From contig CAWDVW010000002.1 of the NCBI GenBank assembly GCA_963805855.1, positions 480,001 to 544,000 on the forward strand: a stretch of 64,000 nt of DNA. The letters run 5' to 3'. Every line of letters starts with the position of its first letter. Position 1 is the stretch's first letter. The DNA is from Candidatus Dadabacteria bacterium. GTDB taxonomy: Bacteria; Desulfobacterota_D; UBA1144; Nemesobacterales; CSP1-2. The notes beneath the pieces were generated by a model. That model saw only the letters and a list, made by a program, of their open reading frames with translations, searched no databases and was not told the DNA's origin. The translations under genes and the position numbers were made by a program. Of the stretch, positions 11,060-21,617 are shown in pieces.

Positions 11060-11431
11060 ATGCTAAGATTAGTCTTGCTAATTTTTCTCCTTTCTGTTCC
11101 ACTGCATTACGATAAGGGTTTTGCTCTTGAGCATTATTCAAATATTGGACTTGCATCCTGGTACGGAATAAAGTTTCAGGGGAAAAAAACAGCAAGTGGA
11201 ACGCTCTTCGATATGCACGAATTTACGGCAGCCCACAAATTCTTACCATTCGGGACAATAGTTAAAGTTGTCAATCTGCGTAACGGTAAGGAAGTCATTG
11301 TAAACATAATAGATAGAGGTCCATTCTCAAAAAAACGGATCATTGACCTTTCACATGCGGCCGCAAAATCTATCGGATTAGTAAAGAGGGGAATTGCAAA
11401 AGTGAAGATCGAAGTAATCTCTACTCCATAA
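11060..11431 (+). CDS. rlpA: RlpA-family lytic transglycosylase, DPBB domain only
   Basis: GLASWYG, TAAHK, DRGPF, IIDLS. Confidence 0.88.
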   Translation: MLRLVLLIFLLSVPLHYDKGFALEHYSNIGLASWYGIKFQGKKTASGTLFDMHEFTAAHKFLPFGTIVKVVNLRNGKEVIVNIIDRGPFSKKRIIDLSHAAAKSIGLVKRGIAKVKIEVISTP

Positions 11432-11501
11432 GTGAATATTCAAGGATACTTTAAAAAGTATCTTCAAAATCATTTTTCATTATGATACAATCCTAGCAAT
11501 T

Positions 11502-12167
11502 ATGGATAGAGGAACTGGTCTCCTCCTGCTGGCCCTTCCCCTCCTTTTTTCGTGTGCTGCATTTTCAAAAAAAAGCGCCGATTCTGCAAAAGGCATAAAA
11601 GAGCATCCAATAGGTGGCAATTCTCAGATAGGAATAGCATCATGGTATGGGATTGATGAACACGGTTTGCCAACCGCTACGGGCGAGCGATTTAGTAAGA
11701 ACGCATTGACCGCAGCTCATAAGACCCTTCCGATGGGGACAATGGTGAGAGTGACTAATTTAGAAAATGGTAGGGATGTCATTGTTAAGATTAACGATCG
11801 GGGACCCTTTATCGAAGGCCGTATGATAGACCTTTCGTATACGGCGGCAAAGTCAATCGGTTTAATAAGAAATGGAACCGCTAACGTGAAAGTAGAAGTA
11901 ATCTCGGCCCCGGGAAGGTCTAGTAATTTCTTTGATCCCAAATACACCATACAGGTAGCGTCCTTCAGCGATAAAAATAACGCTTTGATGTTGAAAGACG
12001 AATTGGCTAATCGAATTGACGAAGACGTCAGGATAGAGACTTTTTATATAGAAGGAAAACACTATTACAGGGTAAGAATCGGACATTATGATCAAAGAGT
12101 AACGGCTGAAGAACTTTCAGTTAAATTAAGGGATTATGGATTAACAGGAAAGGTCATTTTGGAGTGA
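11502..12167 (+). CDS. rlpA: RlpA lipoprotein with C-terminal SPOR domain
   Basis: Lipobox LFSC, ASWYG, NDRGPF, SPOR-like YTIQVASF...YRVRIG. Confidence 0.9.
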   Translation: MDRGTGLLLLALPLLFSCAAFSKKSADSAKGIKEHPIGGNSQIGIASWYGIDEHGLPTATGERFSKNALTAAHKTLPMGTMVRVTNLENGRDVIVKINDRGPFIEGRMIDLSYTAAKSIGLIRNGTANVKVEVISAPGRSSNFFDPKYTIQVASFSDKNNALMLKDELANRIDEDVRIETFYIEGKHYYRVRIGHYDQRVTAEELSVKLRDYGLTGKVILE

Positions 12168-12430
12168 TAACCTTGAGATTACCGCTCCAACCAACCTCAG
12201 ACTTTTAGACGATTATAATATCACTTCAATCAATTAGAGAAGATAAAGCACAAACCTTTCGTGTGTGGAGAAAAATGCGAATCATGAGATGTTGTTTAAA
12301 ACCGCCTAAGAAATTCATTTGATTATCATAGCCATCGTAACTATTTGACTTTTTTCTAGTGTTCTTTACTCTATAGTGTGAATTCTTACATTAGCTAAGT
12401 GCATTCTCGCACTTGAGAAGCAATTTACAA

Positions 12431-12464
12431 TCCCGCTCTGATCACCAGTGGTGACCGAGACGGA
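12431..12464 (+). promoter_or_regulatory. pan-motif-like RNA hairpin in the panB leader
   Basis: CCGCTCTGATCACC-AGT-GGTGACCGAGACGG bulged stem directly upstream of panBCD; resembles the pan RNA motif as I recall it. Confidence 0.65.
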
Positions 12465-12534
12465 GGCGCGGTTTGAAAAGAATGAAAAAAGGACGGAACA
12501 AGGTCCGTACCTGGTTCAGAGGTTTAATTACAAT

Positions 12535-12572
12535 GCCAGCAAGGGGAATATTTCCCATTGCTGGTTTTTTTA
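12535..12572 (+). terminator. Intrinsic terminator/attenuator upstream of panB
   Basis: GCCAGCAAGGGGAA-TA-TTTCCCATTGCTGGT stem followed by a T-run, ending about 17 nt before the panB ATG. Confidence 0.75.
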
Positions 12573-12588
12573 TATCTTGATCACTCAA

Positions 12589-13389
12589 ATGTCAAAAATA
12601 ACGGTTCCAATTATTGTTGAGAAGAAAAAACGTGATGAAAAATTAGTTGTATTGACCGCCTATGATGCTTCTACCGCAAACATAATCGACGAAACAGGGG
12701 TTGATATTATATTAGTAGGCGATTCTCTTGGCAATGTTATTCAGGGCCTAGGAAACACTCTCCAAGTGACGATGGATGAAATGCTTTATCATACAAAAAT
12801 TGTCGCAAGGGGGGTTAAGACTGCACATCTATGTAGCGATATGCCTTTTATGTCTTATCAAGCCTCAAAACACGATGCTGTAAGAAACGCCGGCCGAATT
12901 ATTAAAGAAGGCGGAGCAGAATCAGTAAAGATTGAATTAACGGACGCTTACGTTGAAAGCGTATATGCTATACAAAAGGCCGGTATACCTGTAATCGGCC
13001 ATATCGGACTCTGTCCACAATCGGTACTTAAAATGGGTGGCTATAAAATACAAGGAAGGGAGGAAATAGAGGCACAAGGTTTATTTGAACTTGCAAAAAA
13101 AGCGGAAGATGCTGGCGCTTTTTCGATTGTTTTGGAGAGTATCCCGCAGGGACTTGCAAAAAAAATAACAGAATCTATCAAAATTCCAACGATAGGAATT
13201 GGCGCGGGACCCTTTTGCGATGGACAGGTGCTAGTGATAAATGACATGGTTGGACTGTCACCAGAGCCGATTCCAAAATTTGTCAAAAAATACGCGAACC
13301 TGAGGCAGATTATGGCGAGGTCGGTTGAAGAGTTCAGAGACGAGGTGAGGAGTGGAGTATTTCCGAGTATGAATCACTCTTACGACTAA
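12589..13389 (+). CDS. panB: 3-methyl-2-oxobutanoate hydroxymethyltransferase
   Basis: LTAYD, ILVGDSLG, GHIGL, IGIGAG..CDGQVLV; start moved to ATG 12589. Confidence 0.95.
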   Translation: MSKITVPIIVEKKKRDEKLVVLTAYDASTANIIDETGVDIILVGDSLGNVIQGLGNTLQVTMDEMLYHTKIVARGVKTAHLCSDMPFMSYQASKHDAVRNAGRIIKEGGAESVKIELTDAYVESVYAIQKAGIPVIGHIGLCPQSVLKMGGYKIQGREEIEAQGLFELAKKAEDAGAFSIVLESIPQGLAKKITESIKIPTIGIGAGPFCDGQVLVINDMVGLSPEPIPKFVKKYANLRQIMARSVEEFRDEVRSGVFPSMNHSYD

Positions 13390-13399
13390 TATTGGTTCG

Positions 13400-14239
13400 A
13401 TGAAAGTTTTAAGCTCCGTAAGCAAAATGCAGGAAGCAGCAAATGAGTTAAGAAAAGAGGGGAAAACTATCTCCCTAGTCCCCACGATGGGGGCTTTACA
13501 CGAAGCCCATCTACGCCTGGTAGGGGAAGCAATGAAAAGAGCGGATGTATGCGTCGTCAGCATTTTTGTAAATCCCACCCAGTTTGGCCCTAACGAAGAC
13601 TACATGAAGTATGCACGGGATTTAGACGGTGATATAAGAAAATTGGACAGATTTGGTGCCCATCTTGTCTTTGTACCCGAGACCGAAGAAATTTATCCAA
13701 AAGATTTCCAAACATTTGTGGAAGTAGAAAAACTCGACAACCATCTGTGCGGACTCCACAGAAATGGCCATTTCAGGGGTGTTGCTACCATAGTTCTTAA
13801 GCTATTTAATATCGTGAAGCCACACATCGCAATATTTGGAGAAAAGGACTATCAGCAACTAAAGGTAGTTCAAAGGATGGTAAAAGATTTAAATATTGAT
13901 CTCGACATAGTTAGCTGCCCAATTGTCAGAGACGAATCTGGTTTAGCATTAAGCTCTAGGAATTCATATCTTTCAACCGATGAGAAGAAATCGGCCACGT
14001 GTATTTTCAAAACCCTTCGTAAAATGAAAGAAGAATTTGATATGGGTTCGAACCTATCGAAAACGATAAAGCAGGCGGGTGGAAAACTTCTAAAAGAGGC
14101 TAATATTTTTGATATAGATTATGTGGAAATTTGCGATCCGGAAACGCTGGAGAGTAAGGATTTAGCCGAAAGCGGCGACTTATTAGCCATTGCGGTGAGG
14201 CTAGGTAGTACACGACTTATTGATAACATAAGGCTCTAA
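13400..14239 (+). CDS. panC: Pantoate--beta-alanine ligase
   Basis: [41 protein letters not shown]. Confidence 0.96.
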   Translation: MKVLSSVSKMQEAANELRKEGKTISLVPTMGALHEAHLRLVGEAMKRADVCVVSIFVNPTQFGPNEDYMKYARDLDGDIRKLDRFGAHLVFVPETEEIYPKDFQTFVEVEKLDNHLCGLHRNGHFRGVATIVLKLFNIVKPHIAIFGEKDYQQLKVVQRMVKDLNIDLDIVSCPIVRDESGLALSSRNSYLSTDEKKSATCIFKTLRKMKEEFDMGSNLSKTIKQAGGKLLKEANIFDIDYVEICDPETLESKDLAESGDLLAIAVRLGSTRLIDNIRL

Positions 14240-14253
14240 GGAGGAACAAGAAG

Positions 14254-14643
14254 ATGGAGAGGATACTCCTCAAATCAAAAATCCATAGGGTTACGGTAAC
14301 TGAAGCTGACGTCGAATACGAAGGAAGCATAACTATAGATAAAAACCTAATGGATGCTGCTGATTTAAATCCCTACGAAAGGGTCGATATATTTAACGTG
14401 ACCAATGGCCATAGATTTTTCACGTACGTTATCGAAGGGAAGAGGGGATCTAATGAAATATGCGTGAACGGAGCGGCTGCGCATTTAGCAAGAAAAGGCG
14501 ACTCTCTAATAATTGCAAGCTTCGCAACGTATGGTGACGAAGAATGCAGGCAACACGAGCCACGATTGGTTTACGTTGATCTCAAGAATAGGATAAAAGG
14601 GACAAAACCTGGATTACGAAAGCTGAGTGTAGCAAAGAGCTGA
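14254..14643 (+). CDS. panD: Aspartate 1-decarboxylase
   Basis: [14 protein letters not shown] self-cleavage site, NGAAAH. Confidence 0.96.
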   Translation: MERILLKSKIHRVTVTEADVEYEGSITIDKNLMDAADLNPYERVDIFNVTNGHRFFTYVIEGKRGSNEICVNGAAAHLARKGDSLIIASFATYGDEECRQHEPRLVYVDLKNRIKGTKPGLRKLSVAKS

Positions 14644-14910
14644 AGATCTTGTAATCCAAGACCTTGATTAAATTTTTGAAGCCTTAGAGTGAATTAAGGC
14701 TCTAAATCTTTTTGAATCTTAACTCGCTAAAACTTAACTAAACTTTTCATTAAAATAGCATAAATAAATTCACTAAGCTCGAAGATCTTGTGAAATACTA
14801 CACAGAGAACTGCCCAATTTGACACAAAAAATCAGAAAAAACATCAAATATATTGACATAACCCTTTTGGGAGGTTATAAATGTTAGCAATAAAAGGAGG
14901 AAGGACAAGG

Positions 14911-15003
14911 GTGTACCTTGATGGCTTATTTCTCTCTAACGACCTTCTAATTAAAATCATAAGGTTCGAAAAAAATCACACTAAGGATGGAAAGATTATA
15001 TGA
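14911..15003 (+). CDS. Candidate 30-aa leader/small protein
   Basis: AAGGAGG at 14894-14900, GTG start, stop overlaps next start (ATGA); promoter-like TTGACA-17-TATAAA at 14853-14881. Confidence 0.35.
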   Translation: MYLDGLFLSNDLLIKIIRFEKNHTKDGKII

Positions 15004-15773
15004 AAGCAGTGATACTGGCAGCGGGCAGAGGCAAAAGATTATATCCCTATACAAAATATATACCAAAGTGCCTACTCGACATCGGTGGCGAAACAATACT
15101 TGAGCACCAAATAAATCATATAAGGGATTGTGGTATCGACGAAGTAGTGATAGTGGTAGGATTCGGCTTTGAAAAAGTTGAGAATTTTCTGAGGAATTAC
15201 GATGGGTTAGGAATGAAAATAAAGACACTCTATAACCCCTTTTATCAATCTACCAATAGCCTCATTTCACTTTGGATAGCCAGGGGAGAAATGGATCATG
15301 ACATCGTTGTTATGAACGGTGACGATGTTTTTGAGATCGAGGTACTCGAACAAGCTCTTGGGGCAAGGGAGGAGAAGGTCTGTTTGCCCATCAAGGTTAA
15401 GAAAAATTATGAAGAGGAAGATATGAAGGTTCATGTGCGGGGAAAAAGAATTATCGAAATTGGGAAATCCCTAACAAATCGTTCATCCGCTGAATCGGTT
15501 GGTATTAGGGTTTTTAGAGACACCGGAGTGGAATTTCTTAAAAGAGCAATCGAAGAAGAAATGAGGATAGATGGCGCGGAAAATAAGTGGTATATTTCTG
15601 CTATACACAGACTAATTAAGAAAGGATATAAGGTAAAATCACTCGACATCAATGATTTGTTCTGGATGGATGTAGACTATCCTAGTGACCTATTTAAGGC
15701 ACGTTTCAATTCTAATAAATTTATTAAAAAACCATTTACAGAAAGGATACTAAGGGTTGTAGATTCGAATTAA
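15000..15773 (+). CDS. Phosphocholine/inositol-phosphate cytidylyltransferase-family NTP transferase
   Basis: KAVILAAGRGKRL, PKCLL, NGDD, WMDVD. Confidence 0.85.
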   Translation: MKAVILAAGRGKRLYPYTKYIPKCLLDIGGETILEHQINHIRDCGIDEVVIVVGFGFEKVENFLRNYDGLGMKIKTLYNPFYQSTNSLISLWIARGEMDHDIVVMNGDDVFEIEVLEQALGAREEKVCLPIKVKKNYEEEDMKVHVRGKRIIEIGKSLTNRSSAESVGIRVFRDTGVEFLKRAIEEEMRIDGAENKWYISAIHRLIKKGYKVKSLDINDLFWMDVDYPSDLFKARFNSNKFIKKPFTERILRVVDSN

Positions 15774-15778
15774 TCAAG

Positions 15779-17101
15779 ATGGACCATGCAATAGTTGTAG
15801 CAGCCGGCACTGGCTTCGATGGGGAAAAGCTAAGCCAATTTGGTCAAATAGTATATGGAGAAATATCCCAGTTTAAACGTCTCATCATTACGGCTCAAAA
15901 GGCCGGTATCAAAAGATTTTCTATTATAATTGAAAAGGACGATACATCCTTAAAAAACCTGGTGGTTAATGACAGACGGATAGACAGCGATATCGAATGG
16001 CACTCCCTGGGAACACCTGTCAGTTTTAGTTCAAATCCCTCATTGATACTGCAGTCAAATCTGGTAACTACGCCCAGTGCACTATCAGATTTTATTAGCA
16101 ATAATATAGTCAATCAAGATGAAATCTTACTCCTGATAGATCAAACTCGGGATGCATGGGTAAAATCAATAGGCGACCGTATAGAGGATCTATTCCCAAG
16201 CGGGGGTAAAGCGGTTGGAGCCTTCATGGCTTCAGGCAAACTTCTCGAAAAAGCTATAATGGACTCTATGGATCTTAGGTCCTGGTTCCAGGAGCTAATC
16301 AGTAGAGATAAAGTAAGATTCACAAACTTTTCAGATGGCTACTGGATGAGACTTACCTCGGATGAAAAATCACCCAAGATGGCAGAAGATCTATTATTTT
16401 CGCACGTCGGTAAAACAATGACCGGGTGGATATCAAAAAACATAAACAGCAAAATTTCTCTGCGCCTAAGTCGATATCTTGTTCGCACTCCGCTTTCACC
16501 AAACATGATCAGCATTTTAATTAACGTAATCGGGATGCTCTGCGGTCCGTTTTACGCCATTGGACACCCAGTATGGGGTGCCGTTTTTCTTCAGATCGCA
16601 ACTGTCCTGGACAGATGTGATGGAGAGGTGGCTCGGATAAAGCTCATGGAGACAAAGAAGGGTCAGTGGGTAGATACCGTCTCGGATCAGTTGACGATAC
16701 TTTCATTCATAATTGGCGTGACCATCGGATATTATAACATTACAAGGAGCCCTTTGGTTTTAGTTTTCGGGTTCCTGAACCTGGGGATTTTTATATTCTT
16801 TTTAATCTGGTCATTCTATTTCCTGCATAAATATACAAACTCAGGCAGTTTGGTATCATACTTCAAAGTGGATAAAATGGTAGGAAAAGAAAACACATCA
16901 ATCGTTCACAAATTGATTTTGATCATTCGTCCGATGGGCAGGAGAAATTTTTACTCTCTCGCATTTCTAGTAGCCGCTATTTTAGTAGGTTATCCTCTTG
17001 TCTTTCTGGGTCTTACAATATCCTTGATACTATTTCTGATACACCAAGTCGAAGATATTATCTTGATTAAAAGACTAAAACCTGCTACCTCAACTGATTG
17101 A
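15779..17101 (+). CDS. CDP-alcohol phosphatidyltransferase fused to a degenerate NTP-transferase domain
   Basis: N-terminal AIVVAAG; signature DRCDGEVAR..G.WVDTVSD; several TM helices. Confidence 0.85.
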   Translation: MDHAIVVAAGTGFDGEKLSQFGQIVYGEISQFKRLIITAQKAGIKRFSIIIEKDDTSLKNLVVNDRRIDSDIEWHSLGTPVSFSSNPSLILQSNLVTTPSALSDFISNNIVNQDEILLLIDQTRDAWVKSIGDRIEDLFPSGGKAVGAFMASGKLLEKAIMDSMDLRSWFQELISRDKVRFTNFSDGYWMRLTSDEKSPKMAEDLLFSHVGKTMTGWISKNINSKISLRLSRYLVRTPLSPNMISILINVIGMLCGPFYAIGHPVWGAVFLQIATVLDRCDGEVARIKLMETKKGQWVDTVSDQLTILSFIIGVTIGYYNITRSPLVLVFGFLNLGIFIFFLIWSFYFLHKYTNSGSLVSYFKVDKMVGKENTSIVHKLILIIRPMGRRNFYSLAFLVAAILVGYPLVFLGLTISLILFLIHQVEDIILIKRLKPATSTD

Positions 17102-17125
17102 TATAGGGTTACTTCGGAGTTTTCT

Positions 17126-17935
17126 TTGATGAACGAACCGACAAAACACACAGGCACCGGTGAGCATTTAAAAGAAAACTCGTCAAGCATAAAACAAAAA
17201 GAGCAATATAACCCACCTAAGAATTATGCGCCTAAGTTTATATCAGCGATTATAAATTGGGCTGAGGGTCTGATTGAGCGATATTCAGTGTATGGCAACC
17301 CTCCTATCTATGACAATTCTATCTTCCCCTGGGTCAGAGAAGTAGATGAAGAATGGATGAAAATTAGAGCCGAGCTTGAAAATGTAATGCAAAGAAGAGA
17401 GGAGCTTCCTAATTTTCATGAAATAACAAGTCAGGCAAAACCCATTACAAACGACAATCAATGGAAAACATATATGCTCGCAGGTTATGGATTAGAAGGC
17501 GAAATGAATTCTAAGAGCTGCCCCGAAACAGCTCGTATCCTGAAGAAAATCCCTGGTATGAAAACTGCCTTTTTTTCTATACTTTCGCCAAATAAACATA
17601 TCCCTGCTCATAAGGGACCGTATAATGGGGTGCTTCGCTACCATCTAGGTCTGATAGTGCCCGAACCCCAGGAGCAATGTCGTATTCGCATCTGTGATGA
17701 AATAAAACATTGGGAAGAGGGGAAAAGCCTGATCTTTGATGACACGTTCAATCATGAGGTTTGGAATGACACATCTGGATTCCGTGCGGTTCTATTCGTT
17801 GACTTCGAAAGACCTCTGAAATTTCCTATCAATATCCTGAATCAGTTCATATTAAAAGCAGCTATATTCACACCTGTTATAAGAGAGGCTGCCGAGAACT
17901 ACAAAAGGTGGGAAAAGAGGTTTTACAAGCAGTAG
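17126..17935 (+). CDS. Aspartyl/asparaginyl beta-hydroxylase (LpxO-like Fe/2-OG dioxygenase)
   Basis: FSILSPNKHIPAHKGP, LRYHLGL, FDDTFNHEVWN. Confidence 0.88.
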   Translation: MMNEPTKHTGTGEHLKENSSSIKQKEQYNPPKNYAPKFISAIINWAEGLIERYSVYGNPPIYDNSIFPWVREVDEEWMKIRAELENVMQRREELPNFHEITSQAKPITNDNQWKTYMLAGYGLEGEMNSKSCPETARILKKIPGMKTAFFSILSPNKHIPAHKGPYNGVLRYHLGLIVPEPQEQCRIRICDEIKHWEEGKSLIFDDTFNHEVWNDTSGFRAVLFVDFERPLKFPINILNQFILKAAIFTPVIREAAENYKRWEKRFYKQ

Positions 17936-17988
17936 GGCCCTTCGAGAAATCGAATGGTTTTTAATTTATACTTGCGCTACTTCTTTTT

Positions 17989-18129
17989 TCATCGCTCCTC
18001 ATTGCTATTATTGTCAACTAAAACAGCTGCAGAATCGGGATTTCTAAACAGCATCGTGAAGCAAAAAACAAGTATCCCAATTATAAGACCCCACGAGGAA
18101 ATCATAAATATGAAAGCATCAAGCTCCAT
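17989..18129 (-). CDS. 46-aa single-TM protein, likely MetS-like NSS transporter small subunit
   Basis: [46 protein letters not shown]; start overlaps the transporter stop, AAGAAGG upstream; not in ORF track. Confidence 0.7.
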   Translation of the reverse strand: MELDAFIFMISSWGLIIGILVFCFTMLFRNPDSAAVLVDNNSNEER

Positions 18130-19675
18130 AACCTTCTTTCTTCTTCCTCCTTTCTGCAACGAATACAAGTACTGCTAGAAATATAAATAGCCCTATTAAA
18201 TATACTCTAGCGACCCAGATTGTCCAGTCAGGCTTTTCAATTAATTTGGGAAGTGCTTTGTAACCCCAGGTTCCAAGTAATATCATTAGATAACAAGGTG
18301 TGACATATCTTAGTATGTAATAGAATACCCTCGGGATTTTAATTATTCCCTCTCTATTTATCTCTTCCCATGCCCTATTACCGCCGAAAACCCACATAAA
18401 TATGATAAGCTCTAAAAATCCAAACAAAACGATACCTATTGTACCAGCCCAAAAGTCCATCTCATCAAGTGTTTTATTTACGAATATTATCAAGGGTGCG
18501 CTTATAAGAATAATAGCCCCAGTGAACAGAACAGCAGTTCTCCTTGATAGCCTAAACTCGTCTTGAAAAAACGATATTACTGGTTGGGTAAGAGCAACGG
18601 AAGAGGTCAATCCCGCGAAAAAAAGCAAAAGAAACCATAAAAAGCCTAAAAATTTACCGGCCGGAATACTCGCAAATATTGCCGGAAGGCTGATGAACCC
18701 CAGGTTGAACGCCCCGGATTTCGCAATTGATACAGCTCCTGCGACGCCAAAAAAAGCAACCGCTGCAGGAATAGCAATTGATCCACCGAGCACCACCTCT
18801 GCAGTCTCATTAAGGGAGGCGGCAGTAAGTCCGCTCAGGGTTATATCCTGGTCCTGTCTCACGTATGATGCATATGTTATGATAGCTCCAAAGCCAAGGC
18901 TAAGAGTAAAAAATATCTGCCCCGCCGCTGCAATCCAGACATCTGGAGATCTAAGGGCAGCAAGGTTTGGGTTCCACAAAAAATTTAGCCCCTGAATCGC
19001 AGTCCCATACTGAGTCTTTAAGGTCAATACACGAACAAATAATACCAAGGCCAGGACAAAGAGAGAAGGCAATGCTATCTTTGCCACGATTTCAATTCCT
19101 TTTGAAATACCCCTTATAAGTATTGAGATATTCAGTGCGTACGTAACAATAAAGGCTGAATAGGCCATTAGGGACGGATAGAAAAAATTCCCTCCTCTGA
19201 CGCCTATATAATCGTTAAGGAAATCACTGAAGGGCTTTAGGTAACCCTCGACATGCAAAGCTGGACTATTCGGCAACTCTGGACTATAACCAATTAGAAA
19301 GGATATAGAATATCCCAGCGCCCAGGACTCAATATAAATATAGTAAACCGCCACTACGAGTGGTATCCATAAGCCAAATACACCCACAAATTTAGCAATC
19401 GGACTATTCCACAATAGACTAAAAATTGCCGGAGAAGTGCCATGTCCCCTAGCCCCTCCATACCTTCCCATTCCCCATTCAACCCACATAAGCGGAATCC
19501 CAATGATAAAGAAAGCGATAATATAAGGTATCATGAAGGCACCGCCCCCGTTTTCTGCGGCTTGGACGGGAAACCGCAAGAAATTTCCCAAACCAATTGC
19601 ATTGCCAGCCATGGCTAGAATAAGTCCAGTCCTGCTTAGCCAAAACTCTCTTTGATTGGTATCTCTTGTTGACAC
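18119..19675 (-). CDS. Sodium-dependent transporter, NSS/SNF (LeuT-like) family
   Basis: [36 protein letters not shown]. Confidence 0.93.
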   Translation of the reverse strand: MSTRDTNQREFWLSRTGLILAMAGNAIGLGNFLRFPVQAAENGGGAFMIPYIIAFFIIGIPLMWVEWGMGRYGGARGHGTSPAIFSLLWNSPIAKFVGVFGLWIPLVVAVYYIYIESWALGYSISFLIGYSPELPNSPALHVEGYLKPFSDFLNDYIGVRGGNFFYPSLMAYSAFIVTYALNISILIRGISKGIEIVAKIALPSLFVLALVLFVRVLTLKTQYGTAIQGLNFLWNPNLAALRSPDVWIAAAGQIFFTLSLGFGAIITYASYVRQDQDITLSGLTAASLNETAEVVLGGSIAIPAAVAFFGVAGAVSIAKSGAFNLGFISLPAIFASIPAGKFLGFLWFLLLFFAGLTSSVALTQPVISFFQDEFRLSRRTAVLFTGAIILISAPLIIFVNKTLDEMDFWAGTIGIVLFGFLELIIFMWVFGGNRAWEEINREGIIKIPRVFYYILRYVTPCYLMILLGTWGYKALPKLIEKPDWTIWVARVYLIGLFIFLAVLVFVAERRKKKEGYGA

Positions 19676-19997
19676 GTTGTTTTCTCGAAAAAAACCTTCT
19701 TATTTTAAGTAAATATTTCCCATATGCAAGAAGAACAGTCACATAGATAAGCACTCTAATTCACAATAGTTTCCTGCTGTCACAGCCAAATTTCTCGTTT
19801 CCTTCTTGAACATCTCTCTTAAATAGGATCTTATTTTATAATTGCTTCAAATTCCCAGAAAGAAAATAAATGAGTCTAATTCAAAAGTTAATAAATACTC
19901 TTGACAAACCTATGAATACCCTTATCTTAATATCCTTCTTATTGATAGTGTACGATTGCCAAATCCAGAAAATCTAAATAAGTCAGGATCAGAACTT

Positions 19998-20510
19998 ATG
20001 GCCCAAAAGAAAAATCTCAGAAAACCTAAAAAAGTAATGAAAGATAAGCAGATTCCAAAAAAAACATCTAAGAAAAAAGCTACGAAACCACTTTCCAAAA
20101 TTAAGAAAGTGGCCAAAGCAACTACCAAACAGAAGAAAAACAAAGGAAAACCATCACAATCGCGATTCAAGAATCAAATCAAAGACATCCTCTTCCAGAT
20201 GAGAAAGGAGCTCATTGAGGACGTTTCTCAATCTATCAAGGCAGAATCCGATTATCTCAGGTTTGACGTAGGGGACTTTTACGACCATGCAACGAGCGAT
20301 AGGGCTCGAGAGTTGTCTCTCATGCTCACCGACCGAGAACGTCAGAAGCTCGTACAGATAGAAGAAGCCCTTAAGAAAATCGATGAAGGAAGTTACGGAG
20401 TTTGCGAAAGCTGTGGTGACGACATAGACGATGAGAGGTTAATAGCAATGCCATTCGCAAAACTTTGCCTTTCATGCAAAATTGATTTAGAAAGGCAGGG
20501 CAATCTATAG
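19998..20510 (+). CDS. DksA/TraR C4 zinc-finger protein with Lys-rich N-terminal extension
   Basis: DFYDHA tip motif, YGVCESC...LCLSCK; ATG 19998 preferred over TTG 19956. Confidence 0.85.
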   Translation: MAQKKNLRKPKKVMKDKQIPKKTSKKKATKPLSKIKKVAKATTKQKKNKGKPSQSRFKNQIKDILFQMRKELIEDVSQSIKAESDYLRFDVGDFYDHATSDRARELSLMLTDRERQKLVQIEEALKKIDEGSYGVCESCGDDIDDERLIAMPFAKLCLSCKIDLERQGNL

Positions 20511-20513
20511 TCA

Positions 20514-21548
20514 CTACAGCAGCGCTTTTAGACTTACCGTATACGGTGCCATTGCTATACCCTTTTCTGTAATAATAGAAGTTACATTCTCATTTGGGGT
20601 AATATCAAAGGCGGGGTTTAATACGTTGACTTCAGGAGCAATACGACTGCCCATTATATGGGTAATTTCCTTTTTATCACGTTCCTCAATCGGGATTAGC
20701 TCCCCACTCGGGCAATTAAAATCTATTGTAGACGTAGGGGCGGCTACATAAAACGGAATCCCGTGAACCTTTGCCAGAACAGATAGTGCATAGGTCCCGA
20801 TCTTATTGGCAACATCTCCATTTGAGGCAATCCTATCTGCCCCAACGATAACAGCATCTATCATGCCTTTGCTTATGACATATCCCGCCATACCATCCGT
20901 TATTAGTGAAACCGGCACTCCGTCTTTATCCAACTCCCATGCGGTAAGCCTGGCGCCCTGGAGAAACGGCCTAGTCTCCGTCGCAATCACCTTAATCCTT
21001 TTTCCACTTTCGAATGCATTCCTCACAACCCCAAGGGCGGTTCCATAATCTGCGGTCGCTAGAGAACCGGCATTGCAGTGTGTAAGAATAACGGAGCCAT
21101 CCTCAATAAGCTGTCCGCCCACACTGCCGATCTTCTTACATATGTCTACATCCTCTTCATATACCCTCTTTGCCTCTTCAACCAACCTCATTTTTATAAA
21201 ATCAATATCCTCTTCATGACTCTTGTCTACTACATCCTTCATTCTACTCAACGCCCAGAAAAGATTCACAGCCGTGGGCCTAGTTTTTGACAGTTCAGTG
21301 GATATTTCTTCGATCTCTCGAAGAAATTCGGCCTTATTCTTCCTTTCGCTTTTCAATGCGCCAAGCGCAACCCCCATCGCGGTAGCAACACCGATAGCGG
21401 GAGCACCGCGTATAACCATTTCTTTTATCGCCCTAGCTACATCTTTATATGTTAGACATTCTACGTAAACTTCCTCCACAGGTAATTTCGTCTGATCTAT
21501 CATCACTACCCTATCATCTTTCCATTCAATTGTTTTAAAGGAAGACAT
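20514..21548 (-). CDS. mtnA: S-methyl-5-thioribose-1-phosphate isomerase
   Basis: IRGAPAIG, TRPTAVNL, THCNAGSLAT, NKIGTY; start set at ATG 21548. Confidence 0.95.
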   Translation of the reverse strand: MSSFKTIEWKDDRVVMIDQTKLPVEEVYVECLTYKDVARAIKEMVIRGAPAIGVATAMGVALGALKSERKNKAEFLREIEEISTELSKTRPTAVNLFWALSRMKDVVDKSHEEDIDFIKMRLVEEAKRVYEEDVDICKKIGSVGGQLIEDGSVILTHCNAGSLATADYGTALGVVRNAFESGKRIKVIATETRPFLQGARLTAWELDKDGVPVSLITDGMAGYVISKGMIDAVIVGADRIASNGDVANKIGTYALSVLAKVHGIPFYVAAPTSTIDFNCPSGELIPIEERDKKEITHIMGSRIAPEVNVLNPAFDITPNENVTSIITEKGIAMAPYTVSLKALL

Positions 21549-21617
21549 CTCGACGACCTCTCGTACAAGACTGGTTAACTCATGCAAATTTTTCTTAAGT
21601 TTACGCCAGTCAAGATT

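Noticed and set aside
12448-12588. 47-aa N-terminal extension of PanB in the ORF track
   Set aside because: No PanB similarity; it spans the leader hairpin and terminator. ATG 12589 fits the family start.
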